DNA from: Acidimicrobiia bacterium
GTDB lineage: Bacteria; Actinomycetota; Acidimicrobiia; Spongiisociales; ZC4RG35
Direction: 5' to 3'
Assembly: GCA_035304485.1 (NCBI GenBank)
Contig: DATGPZ010000082.1
Coordinates: 570-64,569 of the forward strand
DNA length: 64,000 nt
Shown: piece by piece, positions 1-8,585 of the stretch
Layout of the letters: each line of letters begins with the position of its first letter
Numbering within the stretch: position 1 is the stretch's first letter
Notes under the pieces: model-generated
What the model saw: the letters and a program-made list of their open reading frames with translations, nothing else
Told to the model about the DNA's origin: nothing
Database searches by the model: none
Program-made: the position numbers and the translations under genes

Positions 1-2
1 TC

Positions 3-155
3 GGTGAGGCGGGCACGATCGGATCCGCCCAGACGATCGTCAACGCGGTGGTGGACGCTCTCAGACCGCTGGGTGTGAAGCACGTAGACATGCCGCTGCG
101 TCCCAAACGGGTGTGGGAGGCGATCCAGGCCGCGCGAGCAGGGAGTGACAGCTGA
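3..155 (+). CDS. coxL: Partial CDS (3' end): molybdopterin-binding large subunit of an aerobic CO dehydrogenase / xanthine dehydrogenase family enzyme (CoxL-like)
   Basis: Frame-3 translation GEAGTIGSAQTIVNAVVDALRPLGVKHVDMPLRPKRVWEAIQAARAGSDS* resembles the conserved C-terminus of CoxL/XdhA large subunits. The stop overlaps the start of the next gene (coxM) as TGATG. Confidence 0.55.
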   Translation, partial: GEAGTIGSAQTIVNAVVDALRPLGVKHVDMPLRPKRVWEAIQAARAGSDS

Positions 156-1000
156 TGTATCCGAGAAAGTTCGACTATGTCGCCGCCACCAGCCTCGACG
201 AGGCGGTGTCCGCCCTGGCGAGCAGCGAGTTCGGCAAGGTGATGTCGGGTGGGATGTCGCTGCTCCCGATGATGAAGCTGCGGCTCCTGTCGCCGGAGAC
301 AGTGGTCGACATCGGCAGGATCCCCGGTCTCGACCAGATCAGCGATCGGGGGGACCACGTGGCGATCGGGGCGCTGGTCCGTCATGCCGAGGTCGCCGCA
401 TCCGACCTGCCCCGTGCCCTGACCGATGCCGCTGCCTGGACGGGCGACGTCCAGGTCAGAAACCGTGGCACGACCTGTGGAGCGGTCGCTCACAGCGACA
501 TCGCTGCGGACCAACCCGCCGCCGTGCTGGCGCTGGGGGCGACGATGGTGGCACAGGGACCCAACGGGACTCGGGAGATCGCCGCCGAGGACTTCTTCGT
601 CGACGCCATGACGTCGGCTCTGGAGCCCGAAGAGATCCTGACCGAGATCCGGATCCCCAAGGTGGGCGGCGCCACGGCTTACGACAAGCTCGGCCGACGC
701 GGCGGGCACACCGACTATGCGGTGGCCGGGGCGGCGGCCTGGGTCCAGAAGGACAACGGCTCGGTCTCTGCCTGTCGGGTGGCTCTCACTGGCGTCGGCA
801 CGAAAGCGACCCTGGCGCACGGTGTGGCCGAGGCTCTCGTCGGCACCGACGGGTCGGAGCAGGCCGTGAAGGAGGCGGCGAGCCGGGCCACTGAAGGGGT
901 GACGGTCCTGGAGGACTTGTACGGCTCGGAGGAGTACAAGGCCCACCTGGCCGAGGTCTTCACTCGCCGCGCCCTCACCCAAGCCCTCGCCCAACTGTGA
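155..1000 (+). CDS. coxM: FAD-binding medium subunit of CO dehydrogenase / xanthine dehydrogenase family (CoxM)
   Basis: 281 aa. FAD-binding PCMH-type domain with a CO dehydrogenase flavoprotein C-terminal domain. Start overlaps the coxL stop. Confidence 0.8.
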   Translation: MYPRKFDYVAATSLDEAVSALASSEFGKVMSGGMSLLPMMKLRLLSPETVVDIGRIPGLDQISDRGDHVAIGALVRHAEVAASDLPRALTDAAAWTGDVQVRNRGTTCGAVAHSDIAADQPAAVLALGATMVAQGPNGTREIAAEDFFVDAMTSALEPEEILTEIRIPKVGGATAYDKLGRRGGHTDYAVAGAAAWVQKDNGSVSACRVALTGVGTKATLAHGVAEALVGTDGSEQAVKEAASRATEGVTVLEDLYGSEEYKAHLAEVFTRRALTQALAQL

Positions 1001-1005
1001 GGCAT

Positions 1006-1062
1006 TCTTAAGACCGAAACGGGGCTTAAAACGCCCCGTTTCGGTCGAGAGAATCACACCGC
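1006..1062. repeat. Left terminal inverted repeat of the DUF559 cassette (contains an internal perfect hairpin)
   Basis: ttcttaagaccgaaacggggcttaaaacgccccgtttcggtcgagagaatcac. Its reverse complement recurs at about 2040-2096 with only a few indels/mismatches. The internal hairpin is aaacggggc-ttaaaa-gccccgttt. Confidence 0.6.
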
Positions 1063-1995
1063 AACGAAAGCACCCCGGCGGACCAGACGATTGCGGGCCC
1101 GGTGGATCCGGTCGACCACCACATCGGGCATCGTCCATATCTCGTAGTCCCAGACGACGACCACGGTGTATCCCGCCGCCTCGAGACGGGCGATGCGTTC
1201 GGCGTCCGCCTGTCGATGCGCCCAGGACGTGTGGTATCGCTCGCTGTGGATCTCGACGATGAGCGGGAGGTGGAGGTCGCAGTAGTCGACCCGCCCGATC
1301 CAGGAGGGTCCGTAGATATCGACCTGGCGTCGCAGGGTGGTGATGCCCCCGTCGGCGGCGATGATCTCGAATCGTCGCTCATTGTTGCTCTGGGGTGTCG
1401 GACTGTCATCATCGCGGTCCTCGAGGGCTCTGCGCATGAGACGGAGCCCGTTGCGGCCCTGTCGTGACATCTCCCAAGTGAAGTCCCATGCCTCGGCAAC
1501 GGTCAGGTCCCGATTGGCGAGGAAGTGGTCGAGGACCTGGAGGCCCTTCTGAGGTCCCTCGGATCCAAAGACGGTCAATGTGGTCAGGGCCGGAGCGGTG
1601 ACCGGGATGTCGAAGAGATGGGTCCGCTGTTCTGGAGGGATCCGGGTGAGATGGTGTACCCGGGCGGCCGCCGGGTCGGTGCGTTTGAGAGGCCGGCTCA
1701 CCGAGACATGGACGGGTTCCGGTCGAACGTGTTTCACACCCCACAGGGCAGCCGCGGTCAGATGTGACGCCATGGCGTCGTAGCCGACATCGAGGATCCC
1801 GGCCATCACCGTCTGCCACGGTGACGCTTCCGAGCCTCCAATTCGCAGGACTCTGGGCGTCAGGAACGTCAGGCGGCCGGAGCGGACGAGACGGCGGAGG
1901 GCCTTGCGGTCGTATCCGGCCTCCCGGGTCTGGCGACGGCTGATGAGCCCGTGCTGGCGTGCGGTGATCTCACGGATGGCGTTGAAGTCCGGCAT
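1054..1995 (-). CDS. DUF559 domain protein (Vsr/PD-(D/E)xK-like endonuclease-related)
   Basis: The 572-aa ORF in the track is over-extended. A typical DUF559 protein (313 aa) starts at MPDFNAIREITARQHGLISRRQ and has the conserved C-terminal block RVDYCDLHLPLIVEIHSERYHTSWAHRQADAERIARLEAAGYTVVVVWDYE. It sits between coxM and coxD on the opposite strand. Confidence 0.7.
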   Translation of the reverse strand: MPDFNAIREITARQHGLISRRQTREAGYDRKALRRLVRSGRLTFLTPRVLRIGGSEASPWQTVMAGILDVGYDAMASHLTAAALWGVKHVRPEPVHVSVSRPLKRTDPAAARVHHLTRIPPEQRTHLFDIPVTAPALTTLTVFGSEGPQKGLQVLDHFLANRDLTVAEAWDFTWEMSRQGRNGLRLMRRALEDRDDDSPTPQSNNERRFEIIAADGGITTLRRQVDIYGPSWIGRVDYCDLHLPLIVEIHSERYHTSWAHRQADAERIARLEAAGYTVVVVWDYEIWTMPDVVVDRIHRARNRLVRRGAFVAV

Positions 1996-2039
1996 ACAGG
2001 GCAACCTGTCACAGCCGGATGGCGGTGGGAAGGGGGTCG

Positions 2040-2096
2040 TGATTCTCCGCGTCAGAACGGGGCGTTTCGCGCCCCGTTCTGGTCTTAAGAACGCCA
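2040..2096. repeat. Right terminal inverted repeat of the DUF559 cassette
   Basis: gtgattctccgcgtcagaacggggcgtttcgcgccccgttctggtcttaagaa is the reverse complement of the left repeat, including the outer arms cttaagac and gagaatcac. Confidence 0.6.
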
Positions 2097-2109
2097 CTAG
2101 AGTGAGCGT

Positions 2110-2976
2110 GTGCGGTCGGTTGATGACGTCGTGGCAGCGTTCGAGGAACGCGGATACGTCGCCGACCGGAGCCTGGCGGTTTCGGTGCATCTCGCCCTGG
2201 AACTCGAGCGGCCCCTGTTCCTCGAGGGAGAGGCGGGAGTCGGAAAGACCGAGGTCGCCAAGGTCCTGGCGTCGATCTTCGACGAGCCCTTGATCCGGCT
2301 GCAGTGCTACGAGGGCCTGGACGTCAATCACGCGTTGTACGAATGGGACTACGCCCGCCAGATGCTGGCGATCCGTCTCATCGAGGCGGGGGGCGAGCAC
2401 AGCCACGCCGACGTCTCCGACATCATGTCGCGCGACTACCTGATCGCCCGTCCACTTCTCCAAGCCGTGGAACAGGCGGCGGGCGGTCGCCGGCCCGTGC
2501 TGCTGATCGATGAGCTGGATCGGGCGGACGAGGAGTTCGAGGCGTTCCTCCTCGAGTTGCTGTCCGACTTCCAAGTCACGATCCCCGAGGTAGGAACGAT
2601 CGCGGCCGAACGGCCTCCGATCGTCGTGATCACCTCCAATCGGACACGTGAGATCCACGACGCCCTCAAGCGTCGCTGCATTTACCAGTGGATCGACTAC
2701 CCCGACGTCGATCGGGAGGTGGCGATCGTCCGTCGGCGGATCCCCGATCTCGACGAGAAACTCGCCCGCCATCTGGCCGAGGCCATGAAGGACCTGCGGT
2801 CACTCGACCTGTTCAAGCCTCCGGGCGTGGCGGAGACACTCGATTGGGCACGGGCACTGCAGATTCTCGGAGCCGACGAACTTACCGACGAGGTGACCGA
2901 GGACACCCTGGGTGTGGTCTTGAAGTACCGCGAGGATGTCGAGACCGTCAAAGCGCATCGGGCTGCCTCGCTCTGA
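2110..2976 (+). CDS. coxD: MoxR-family AAA+ ATPase (CoxD-type CO dehydrogenase maturation factor)
   Basis: 288 aa. Walker A GEAGVGKT, Walker B LLIDELDRADEE, and a MoxR C-terminal region. GTG start. Confidence 0.8.
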   Translation: MRSVDDVVAAFEERGYVADRSLAVSVHLALELERPLFLEGEAGVGKTEVAKVLASIFDEPLIRLQCYEGLDVNHALYEWDYARQMLAIRLIEAGGEHSHADVSDIMSRDYLIARPLLQAVEQAAGGRRPVLLIDELDRADEEFEAFLLELLSDFQVTIPEVGTIAAERPPIVVITSNRTREIHDALKRRCIYQWIDYPDVDREVAIVRRRIPDLDEKLARHLAEAMKDLRSLDLFKPPGVAETLDWARALQILGADELTDEVTEDTLGVVLKYREDVETVKAHRAASL

Positions 2977-3099
2977 AGGGCACGAGTCCCCACGGGCGTG
3001 TACTCTCGGCAGAGGGTATGTGGACAACAGGATGCTCGGGGCGTGGACCTCCGATAGGGGCAGTACACCTGCCAGCCACTCGAAGGAGGAAACCCGACC

Positions 3100-4182
3100 G
3101 TGATCGACCCGATCGCCAAACTGCACAGCCCCACGGGCTCCCTCGTCAGCCTCTATGTGAACCGCCGGGCCCAGGCCACCCGCGCAGCCCTCACCCAACT
3201 CTTGAAGAGCCTCTCGCAGGCAAACGGCAACAAGTACCTCCGGCGTGACGCCGATCGCATCTTGCAGCTGGCCGACACCATCGAATCGGACCCTGCGCCT
3301 GCGGCTGCGGTCTTCGCGTCCCATCGAGACGGAATCTTCGAGTTCCTCCCTCTCACCCACGAGGTGGAAGACATCGCCACGGTCGGCCCGCGTCCTCATC
3401 TGCGTCCCCTTCGGTCGCAGCCTCGACCGATGCGGGTCGGGGTCATCGTGGCGGACACAGCTCGGGCCAGGACGTTTGCTATGTCGGGGGGCGTCCTGCA
3501 CGAGTACGGCGAAGAGTTGGTCGCTGAGCGCGGAAAGGAGAACTACGGGGGCTTTTCCGGCTACGAGGAGCAACGGAACCGGGCCCGGGCCGTCGAGCTG
3601 TCGGCCAACCTGTGGCGCCAGGCGGGTCGGCGCCTGCTCGAAGCGCATCGAGACCAGCCGTTGGAGCTCTTGGTCATCGCCGGCCACGACGAGGACTTCG
3701 ATTCGATCGCGGTCGAACTGCACCCCTACCTCCGTCAGCTTCCCCAGGAACGCCTCGTCTTCGACACCGGTGCTTTCAACCAGTCCAGCCTGGCGGAGGG
3801 CGTGGCGGCAGCGGTGGAGAGGGAGCGCCGCAGGCTCTCCGAGGAGCTCTTGGATCGGCTGCTGGCCGAGGCCGGTCGGGGCGGATCCGCCGTCACGGGA
3901 TTGGCGCCCGTGCTCGAGGCATGCAACGCCCACGCCGTCGAGCAACTCGTGGTGGCGGGTCCTTTCGTCAAACCCGGTGTGATGTGCGACGGCTGCGGCT
4001 GGCTCGCCCGGGATGGCGAGACCTGTCCCCTGTGTGAAACGCCTACCTTTCCGATCGATGATGTCGTGTCGGCAGCCATGGATGCGACGGTCGAAGCGGG
4101 GGGAAGGTCCGAAATCGTCCGGGTCGCTAGCCCCCTGGACGCGGACGGAGTCGGGGCCTTCCTTCGCTTCCGTGTTCGCTGA
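3100..4182 (+). CDS. Conserved hypothetical protein; possible eRF1/Pelota-like (baeRF-type) fold with a C-terminal CxxC...CxxC zinc ribbon
   Basis: 360 aa, good coding signal, located between coxD and coxE. C-terminal motif CDGCGWLARDGETCPLC. No confident family assignment from sequence alone. Confidence 0.5.
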   Translation: MIDPIAKLHSPTGSLVSLYVNRRAQATRAALTQLLKSLSQANGNKYLRRDADRILQLADTIESDPAPAAAVFASHRDGIFEFLPLTHEVEDIATVGPRPHLRPLRSQPRPMRVGVIVADTARARTFAMSGGVLHEYGEELVAERGKENYGGFSGYEEQRNRARAVELSANLWRQAGRRLLEAHRDQPLELLVIAGHDEDFDSIAVELHPYLRQLPQERLVFDTGAFNQSSLAEGVAAAVERERRRLSEELLDRLLAEAGRGGSAVTGLAPVLEACNAHAVEQLVVAGPFVKPGVMCDGCGWLARDGETCPLCETPTFPIDDVVSAAMDATVEAGGRSEIVRVASPLDADGVGAFLRFRVR

Positions 4183-4214
4183 ACATCGGTACCGGTTCGC
4201 AGTAGGGGTATGAC

Positions 4215-5324
4215 GTGGCGGGGGCGCTGATTCGGTTCGGGCGTCGTCTGCGGGATGAGGGCATCCCCGTAGGGCCCACCATCGCCGACGATCTGGCGAG
4301 TGCAGTCGACGTCGTCGGCCTGGCATCTGCTGAAGACACCTATCACGCTTTTCGGTCGATATGTGTGTCCAACGTGGATCAGATCCCGACGTTCGATCGC
4401 GTGTTCACCGAAGTGTTCGGGTGGTCGGGGCCTCCCCCCGGCCTCAGCTCGCTGGAAGAGCGCCGCCGGAGTTGGTCGATCGAGAGCGACGAAGGCGGAG
4501 AAGGCGACGGGTCGGAGCCCGAGGAGGAGACGGCTGTCGTGGGTGCCTCCTGGAACGAGCGGCTGGCCGACAAAGACTTCGCCGAGCTCACTCCAGAAGA
4601 AGAAGCTGCGGTTCGGGCCATGATCGCGACCATGATCTGGCGGCCGGCCGACACCCGATCCCGACGTCGCCGGCCCGCCTCGACGGGGGACCGCCCCGAC
4701 CCTCGGCGCACATTGCGGCGGTTGGTGGGAACCGAAGGGGACCTCCTGCTCCCCGCTTACACGGAAAGAAGGATCCGCCGCCGCCCCCTGCTGTTCATCG
4801 CCGACGTTTCCGGCTCGATGGAGCGGTACTCGGAGATGCTGCTCTACTTCGCGCATGCCGCTCGCGGTCGTTTGGGGCGACTGGAGGCGTTCGTCTTCTC
4901 GACCCGCCTGACCCGGATCACACGGCAGTTGGATCGACGCAGCCCGTCCGAGGCCATCGCTAGGGTGGCCGACGCGGTCCACGACTGGTCGGGAGGCACC
5001 CGTATCGGCCAAGCGTTGGCGGAGTTCAACCGGAGGTGGGCCCGGCGAGTGACGACCGGTGGCCCGATCGTCTTGATCGTGTCGGATGGATGGGACCGAG
5101 GTGACCCGGATCTGCTGGCCGAGGAGATGGCCAGGCTCTCGCGGTCGGTCCACCGGGTGGTCTGGCTCAACCCTCTCGCTTCTCGTCCTGGCTTCGCCCC
5201 CGAGACCCGCGGCATGCAGGCTGCCATGCCCTACGTCGATGACCTGCTGGCGGCGGGACGTCTCAGCGATCTCGCTTCCGTCATCGACCTCCTAGAGTCG
5301 GTTCCAGCGAGGAGAGCCAGATGA
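4215..5324 (+). CDS. coxE: VWA-domain protein CoxE (partner of the MoxR ATPase in Mo-Cu cofactor maturation)
   Basis: 369 aa. vWA MIDAS motif DVSGSM, and a CoxE-like N-terminal region. Confidence 0.8.
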   Translation: MAGALIRFGRRLRDEGIPVGPTIADDLASAVDVVGLASAEDTYHAFRSICVSNVDQIPTFDRVFTEVFGWSGPPPGLSSLEERRRSWSIESDEGGEGDGSEPEEETAVVGASWNERLADKDFAELTPEEEAAVRAMIATMIWRPADTRSRRRRPASTGDRPDPRRTLRRLVGTEGDLLLPAYTERRIRRRPLLFIADVSGSMERYSEMLLYFAHAARGRLGRLEAFVFSTRLTRITRQLDRRSPSEAIARVADAVHDWSGGTRIGQALAEFNRRWARRVTTGGPIVLIVSDGWDRGDPDLLAEEMARLSRSVHRVVWLNPLASRPGFAPETRGMQAAMPYVDDLLAAGRLSDLASVIDLLESVPARRAR

Positions 5325-5629
5325 GAGACGCATTGGCCATACGTCGAGAATGGAAGGAGAACGGCCTCGATGTCGCTTCCGCCACCGTCGTCCGGGTGGC
5401 CGGCCCTGCCCCGCGGCCGGTGGGCTCGCGTATGTTGATCTCGTCGGCGGGAGACATCGAGGGCAGTGTGTCCGGCGGATGCGTGGAGAACGACGTGTTC
5501 CTCCACGCTCAGGAGGTGTTGGCGAGTGGGGAGCCCCGACTCGTCACCTACGGGATATCCGACGACGACGCATTCGAGGTAGGACTCGCTTGCGGCGGCA
5601 CCATCCAGGTGTTCGTAGAGAAATGGTGA
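5321..5629 (+). CDS. xdhC: XdhC/CoxI N-terminal domain ORF (molybdenum cofactor insertion chaperone, N-domain only)
   Basis: 102 aa containing the canonical XdhC_CoxI motifs SGGCVE and [10 protein letters not shown]. It stops 7 nt after the ATG of the following XdhC C-domain ORF, which is in the -1 frame. Confidence 0.6.
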   Translation: MRDALAIRREWKENGLDVASATVVRVAGPAPRPVGSRMLISSAGDIEGSVSGGCVENDVFLHAQEVLASGEPRLVTYGISDDDAFEVGLACGGTIQVFVEKW

Positions 5630-6399
5630 CAGAGCCGACGGAGGCCCTGGAGCGGATCCTCGCCGAAGAGGAGTACGGCGCTCAGCTGACCGTCCTGACC
5701 GGACCGGACGCCGGTGCCGTGGCGGTTCTCGACGCTGGTGGCGAAGTGCTCGCCGGTTCGGTCCCCGAGAGCATCCAGGAACCTCTCGTCGCCGATGCCC
5801 TCACCCTGATGGATCGCGAGATGCCGCTGACCGTCTCGTACGGTGAGGTCGATGTGTTCGTGGAGCCTTTGGTTCCCCGCCCCCGATTGGTCATCTTCGG
5901 TGCCGTCCACATCGCTCAGGCCCTGGCCCAGCACGCCTCCTTGCTCGGCTACCACGTCACCGTCTCGGACGCCAGATCGGCGTTCACGACCGAGGAGCGG
6001 TTCCCGGATGTGGACCACCTGGCGGTCGGGTGGCCCGATCAGGTCATCGACCAGATCGTCCTCGATCGGAGGACCTCGATCGTCGTGTTGAGTCACGACG
6101 CCCGTTTCGAGAATCCGCTGTGGCCGCTGATCTTGGAGAGCGACGTCCGCTACATCGGCGCGATGGGCAGCCGGCGAACGGCCGAGCGGCGGCGTGAGCG
6201 ACTACTCGAGGCCGGGTTCGACGCTTCTGCCGTCGACCGGATCCATGGGCCGATCGGTCTCGACATCGGAGCCGAGTCACCGGGGGAGGTCGCGGTGGCG
6301 ATCCTGGCGGAGATGATCTCCGAACACCGCCGACCCCACGAGCCGCTGGAACTCAAAGGCGAGGTGCGTCCCTTGGTCCCAGCTCATCGCGCCGGTTAG
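5623..6399 (+). CDS. xdhC: XdhC C-terminal Rossmann-like domain ORF, preceded by a degenerate second CoxI-like segment
   Basis: MVTEPTE... contains [35 protein letters not shown], typical of the XdhC_C NAD-binding-like domain. Split from the N-domain ORF by a frame change. Confidence 0.6.
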   Translation: MVTEPTEALERILAEEEYGAQLTVLTGPDAGAVAVLDAGGEVLAGSVPESIQEPLVADALTLMDREMPLTVSYGEVDVFVEPLVPRPRLVIFGAVHIAQALAQHASLLGYHVTVSDARSAFTTEERFPDVDHLAVGWPDQVIDQIVLDRRTSIVVLSHDARFENPLWPLILESDVRYIGAMGSRRTAERRRERLLEAGFDASAVDRIHGPIGLDIGAESPGEVAVAILAEMISEHRRPHEPLELKGEVRPLVPAHRAG

Positions 6400-6447
6400 C
6401 GTTCACGGTTTCCCCATGATTCGTCTCGTGCACCCGGAGATGCCCGT

Positions 6448-7074
6448 ATGAACATCGCCGCCCTGGTTCTGGCTGCGGGTGGTTCATCGCGGTTGGGGCG
6501 TCCCAAGCAGCTCGAACCGTGGGGCGACACCACGCTTCTCGGACATGTCGTTCGCCAGGTGCGCGACTTTCCCGTCGAAGAGGTGTGGGTGGTTCTGGGC
6601 GCCGAAGCCGATCGAATCCTCGACACCGTGGATCTGGAGGGCTGCGGCGTCATCGAGAACCCCGAGTGGGAGGAGGGGATCGCTTCCTCCCTCCGGGTCG
6701 GGCTCGATGCCCTCACCCAGACCAGCCGGGCGGAAGCGGCCCTCGTGGTCATCGGGGACCAGCCGGACATCGATCGAGGGGTGGTGCAACACCTCGTCGA
6801 GACCTTCTCACGTAGCCCGCGTCCGGTCGCCATCCCGAAGTACCGTTACACGTGGGGGAACCCGGTGATCGTGGACCGGTCGCTGTGGCCACGGCTGATG
6901 AGTCTGGAGGGCGACGACGGAGCAAAGCGATTGTTCAAGGCGCACCCGGAATGGGTCGAGGAGGTATGGACGGATCACCTTCCGCCGCGGGACGTCGACA
7001 CCGAAGCCGACGTCGAAGAACTGCGGCCGAGACGGCTGGGTACCGCTACGGACGGGGGAGAAGAGCGGCGGTAG
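6448..7074 (+). CDS. mocA: MobA-like NTP transferase (molybdenum cofactor cytidylyltransferase, MocA-like)
   Basis: 208 aa. N-terminal LVLAAGGSSRLGRPKQL nucleotide-binding motif. In a cox/xdh cluster context. Confidence 0.75.
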   Translation: MNIAALVLAAGGSSRLGRPKQLEPWGDTTLLGHVVRQVRDFPVEEVWVVLGAEADRILDTVDLEGCGVIENPEWEEGIASSLRVGLDALTQTSRAEAALVVIGDQPDIDRGVVQHLVETFSRSPRPVAIPKYRYTWGNPVIVDRSLWPRLMSLEGDDGAKRLFKAHPEWVEEVWTDHLPPRDVDTEADVEELRPRRLGTATDGGEERR

Positions 7075-7114
7075 AGTGCTCGGGCCGCCACGGATTAGGA
7101 GCTATCGCGGAGTC

Positions 7115-7519
7115 ATGGCAAGGATCGATGAAATACGGTCGATGTCGCACAAGGAGGCGACACGGCTACGCAAGGCAGGGGTTCGAACGACGGAGGCGCT
7201 GCTCAAGAGGGCGGCGACGCGCTCCGGTCGCGCGGAGCTCTCGAAGGCCACCGATCTGCCGACCTCGGATCTCCTGAAATGGGCCAACGTGGCCGATCTG
7301 ATGCGGATCAAGGGCATCGGTGGTGAATATGCGGAGCTCTTGGGTCTGTGCGGCGTGAATACGATCAAAGAGTTGCGTCGCCGCAACGGCGTTGCCCTGA
7401 CTGCCAAGATCATGTCGGTCAACGGCCGCAAGGACCTGGTCCGGCGGCTCCCCACCGAGTCGATGGTGGAGACCTGGATCCAGCGCGCCTCCGAGCTGGA
7501 ACAGATCGTCAAGCACTGA
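7115..7519 (+). CDS. DUF4332-like helix-hairpin-helix protein
   Basis: Probable start MARIDEIRS. Contains MRIKGIGGEYAELLGLCGVNTIKEL. The stop codon is immediately followed by a GTCGGAAGTCGG heptamer tract. Confidence 0.55.
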   Translation: MARIDEIRSMSHKEATRLRKAGVRTTEALLKRAATRSGRAELSKATDLPTSDLLKWANVADLMRIKGIGGEYAELLGLCGVNTIKELRRRNGVALTAKIMSVNGRKDLVRRLPTESMVETWIQRASELEQIVKH

Positions 7520-7990
7520 GTCGGAAGTCGGTTTGCGTGGTGGAGGGGGTCGGTTGCCTGTCCGCGGGTGGTGACGGTTTCGGGGACCGGGCGGTTGGAT
7601 GGCCCCGCTGACTGGTCAGCTCACTTGGGGTAGCCGTGGGGGGTGTGGGGGCGTACCCCCACATGGTCAGCACTGTCGGAAGTCGGTTTGCGTGGTGGAG
7701 GGGGTCGGTTGCCTGTCCGCGGGTGGTGACGGTTTCGCGGACCGGGCGGTTGGATGGCCCCGTTGACTGGTCAGCTCGGTTGGGGTAGCCGTGGGGGTGT
7801 GGGGGAGTACCCCCACATGGTCAGCACTGCGGAGGTCGGTCTGCGTGGCGGAGGGGGTCCGTCGCCCCGCTCGCCTGGTTCGTGAGATTGCGGGAGGTCC
7901 GGTCGAGGGTTCGAGAAGGCCCGGTCGGCTCATCAGCTCGAGGCGGGTAGCTGAGGGGGAGTTGGGGAGTGCCGGCAGATGATCAGCACC
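7520..7990. repeat. Tandem repeat of about 150-bp units (two near-identical copies plus a degenerate third), MIRU/VNTR-like
   Basis: Unit = gtcggaagtcggtttgcgtggtggagggggtcggttgcctgtccgcgggtggtgacggtttcg...gtgggggcgtacccccacatggtcagcact, repeated at 7520 and 7670 with about 5 mismatches. The third copy (about 7820-7990) is about 60% similar. Each unit carries the hairpin gtggggg-ngta-cccccac. Confidence 0.85.
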
Positions 7991-8007
7991 GTGGAGATGG
8001 AAAGGGA

Positions 8008-8040
8008 CTGTGTGGAGGAGGGTCCCTCCACACAGTCCCT
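8008..8040. terminator. Perfect 13-bp-arm inverted repeat, likely a bidirectional terminator
   Basis: gactgtgtggagg-agggtcc-ctccacacagtc directly downstream of the HbhA-like gene stop (minus strand) and closing the convergent intergenic region. Confidence 0.45.
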
Positions 8041-8048
8041 TTCGGATT

Positions 8049-8585
8049 TCAGGAAGCCTTGGACTCCGTCGAGGAGGCCTTGGTCTCCGCCGGCTTCTTG
8101 GCGGCAGGCTTCTTGGCGGCCGACTTCTTCGCGGTGGCAGCCTTCTGAGTGGTCGCCTTGGCCGTGCCGGCCTTCTTGGCGGCAGGCTTCTTCGCAGCCG
8201 GCTTCGTTGCCGTGTCGGCATCGGCGGCCTTCTCGGTGGCGCCGTTCTCGGAAGCACCGTTCTCGGCGGCGCCTTCCGGTCGGAAGGAGGCTCGCCACGT
8301 GGTCAGCATGTCCTCGAGCTGGTCCCGCAGCTTCCCGACCTGCTCACGGGCCTGGTCGAAGTCGACCTTGGCCGTGATCTCGTCGACCACCTTGCGATCC
8401 GACAGCTTCTCGACAGCCTGTTCGCCTTCGGTGGCGAACTCTTCGAGTAGCTCCTTGGCTCGCCGGGTGACATCGTCCGAGCGGTTCTCGAGTTCCGCTC
8501 GCAGCTTCTCGAGGCGGGCGTTGACGGCCTTGGCGGCGACGATCGGCGCCCCGACGGCCGCGTAGACGGCATTCTTGGTCTTCAT
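8049..8585 (-). CDS. hbhA: Heparin-binding hemagglutinin-like protein (coiled-coil N-domain with a Lys/Ala-rich AKK repeat tail)
   Basis: 178 aa. C-terminal KPAAKKPAAKKAGTAKATTQKAATAKKSAAKKPAAKKPAETK repeats, and an N-terminal amphipathic helix region as in mycobacterial HbhA. Upstream XRE regulator, as in the hbhA locus. Confidence 0.55.
   Translation of the reverse strand: MKTKNAVYAAVGAPIVAAKAVNARLEKLRAELENRSDDVTRRAKELLEEFATEGEQAVEKLSDRKVVDEITAKVDFDQAREQVGKLRDQLEDMLTTWRASFRPEGAAENGASENGATEKAADADTATKPAAKKPAAKKAGTAKATTQKAATAKKSAAKKPAAKKPAETKASSTESKAS

Noticed and set aside
1054-2772. 572-aa ORF spanning the whole coxM-coxD gap on the minus strand
   Set aside because: Only the C-terminal 313 aa match DUF559 proteins, which uniformly start near MPDFNAIREIT. 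The upstream 259 codons run through the right inverted repeat and into the antisense of coxD, typical of GC-rich spurious extension.
2800-5153. Long minus-strand ORFs (508 aa and 472 aa) overlapping coxD/hyp/coxE
   Set aside because: They are antisense to homology-supported genes, with no recognisable domains and Arg-rich composition.
7520-7990. Possible CRISPR array
   Set aside because: Units are 150 bp direct tandem copies with no interspersed unique spacers and progressive degeneration, and there are no cas genes nearby. This is a VNTR/MIRU-like array, not CRISPR. The same reasoning applies to 54336-54721.
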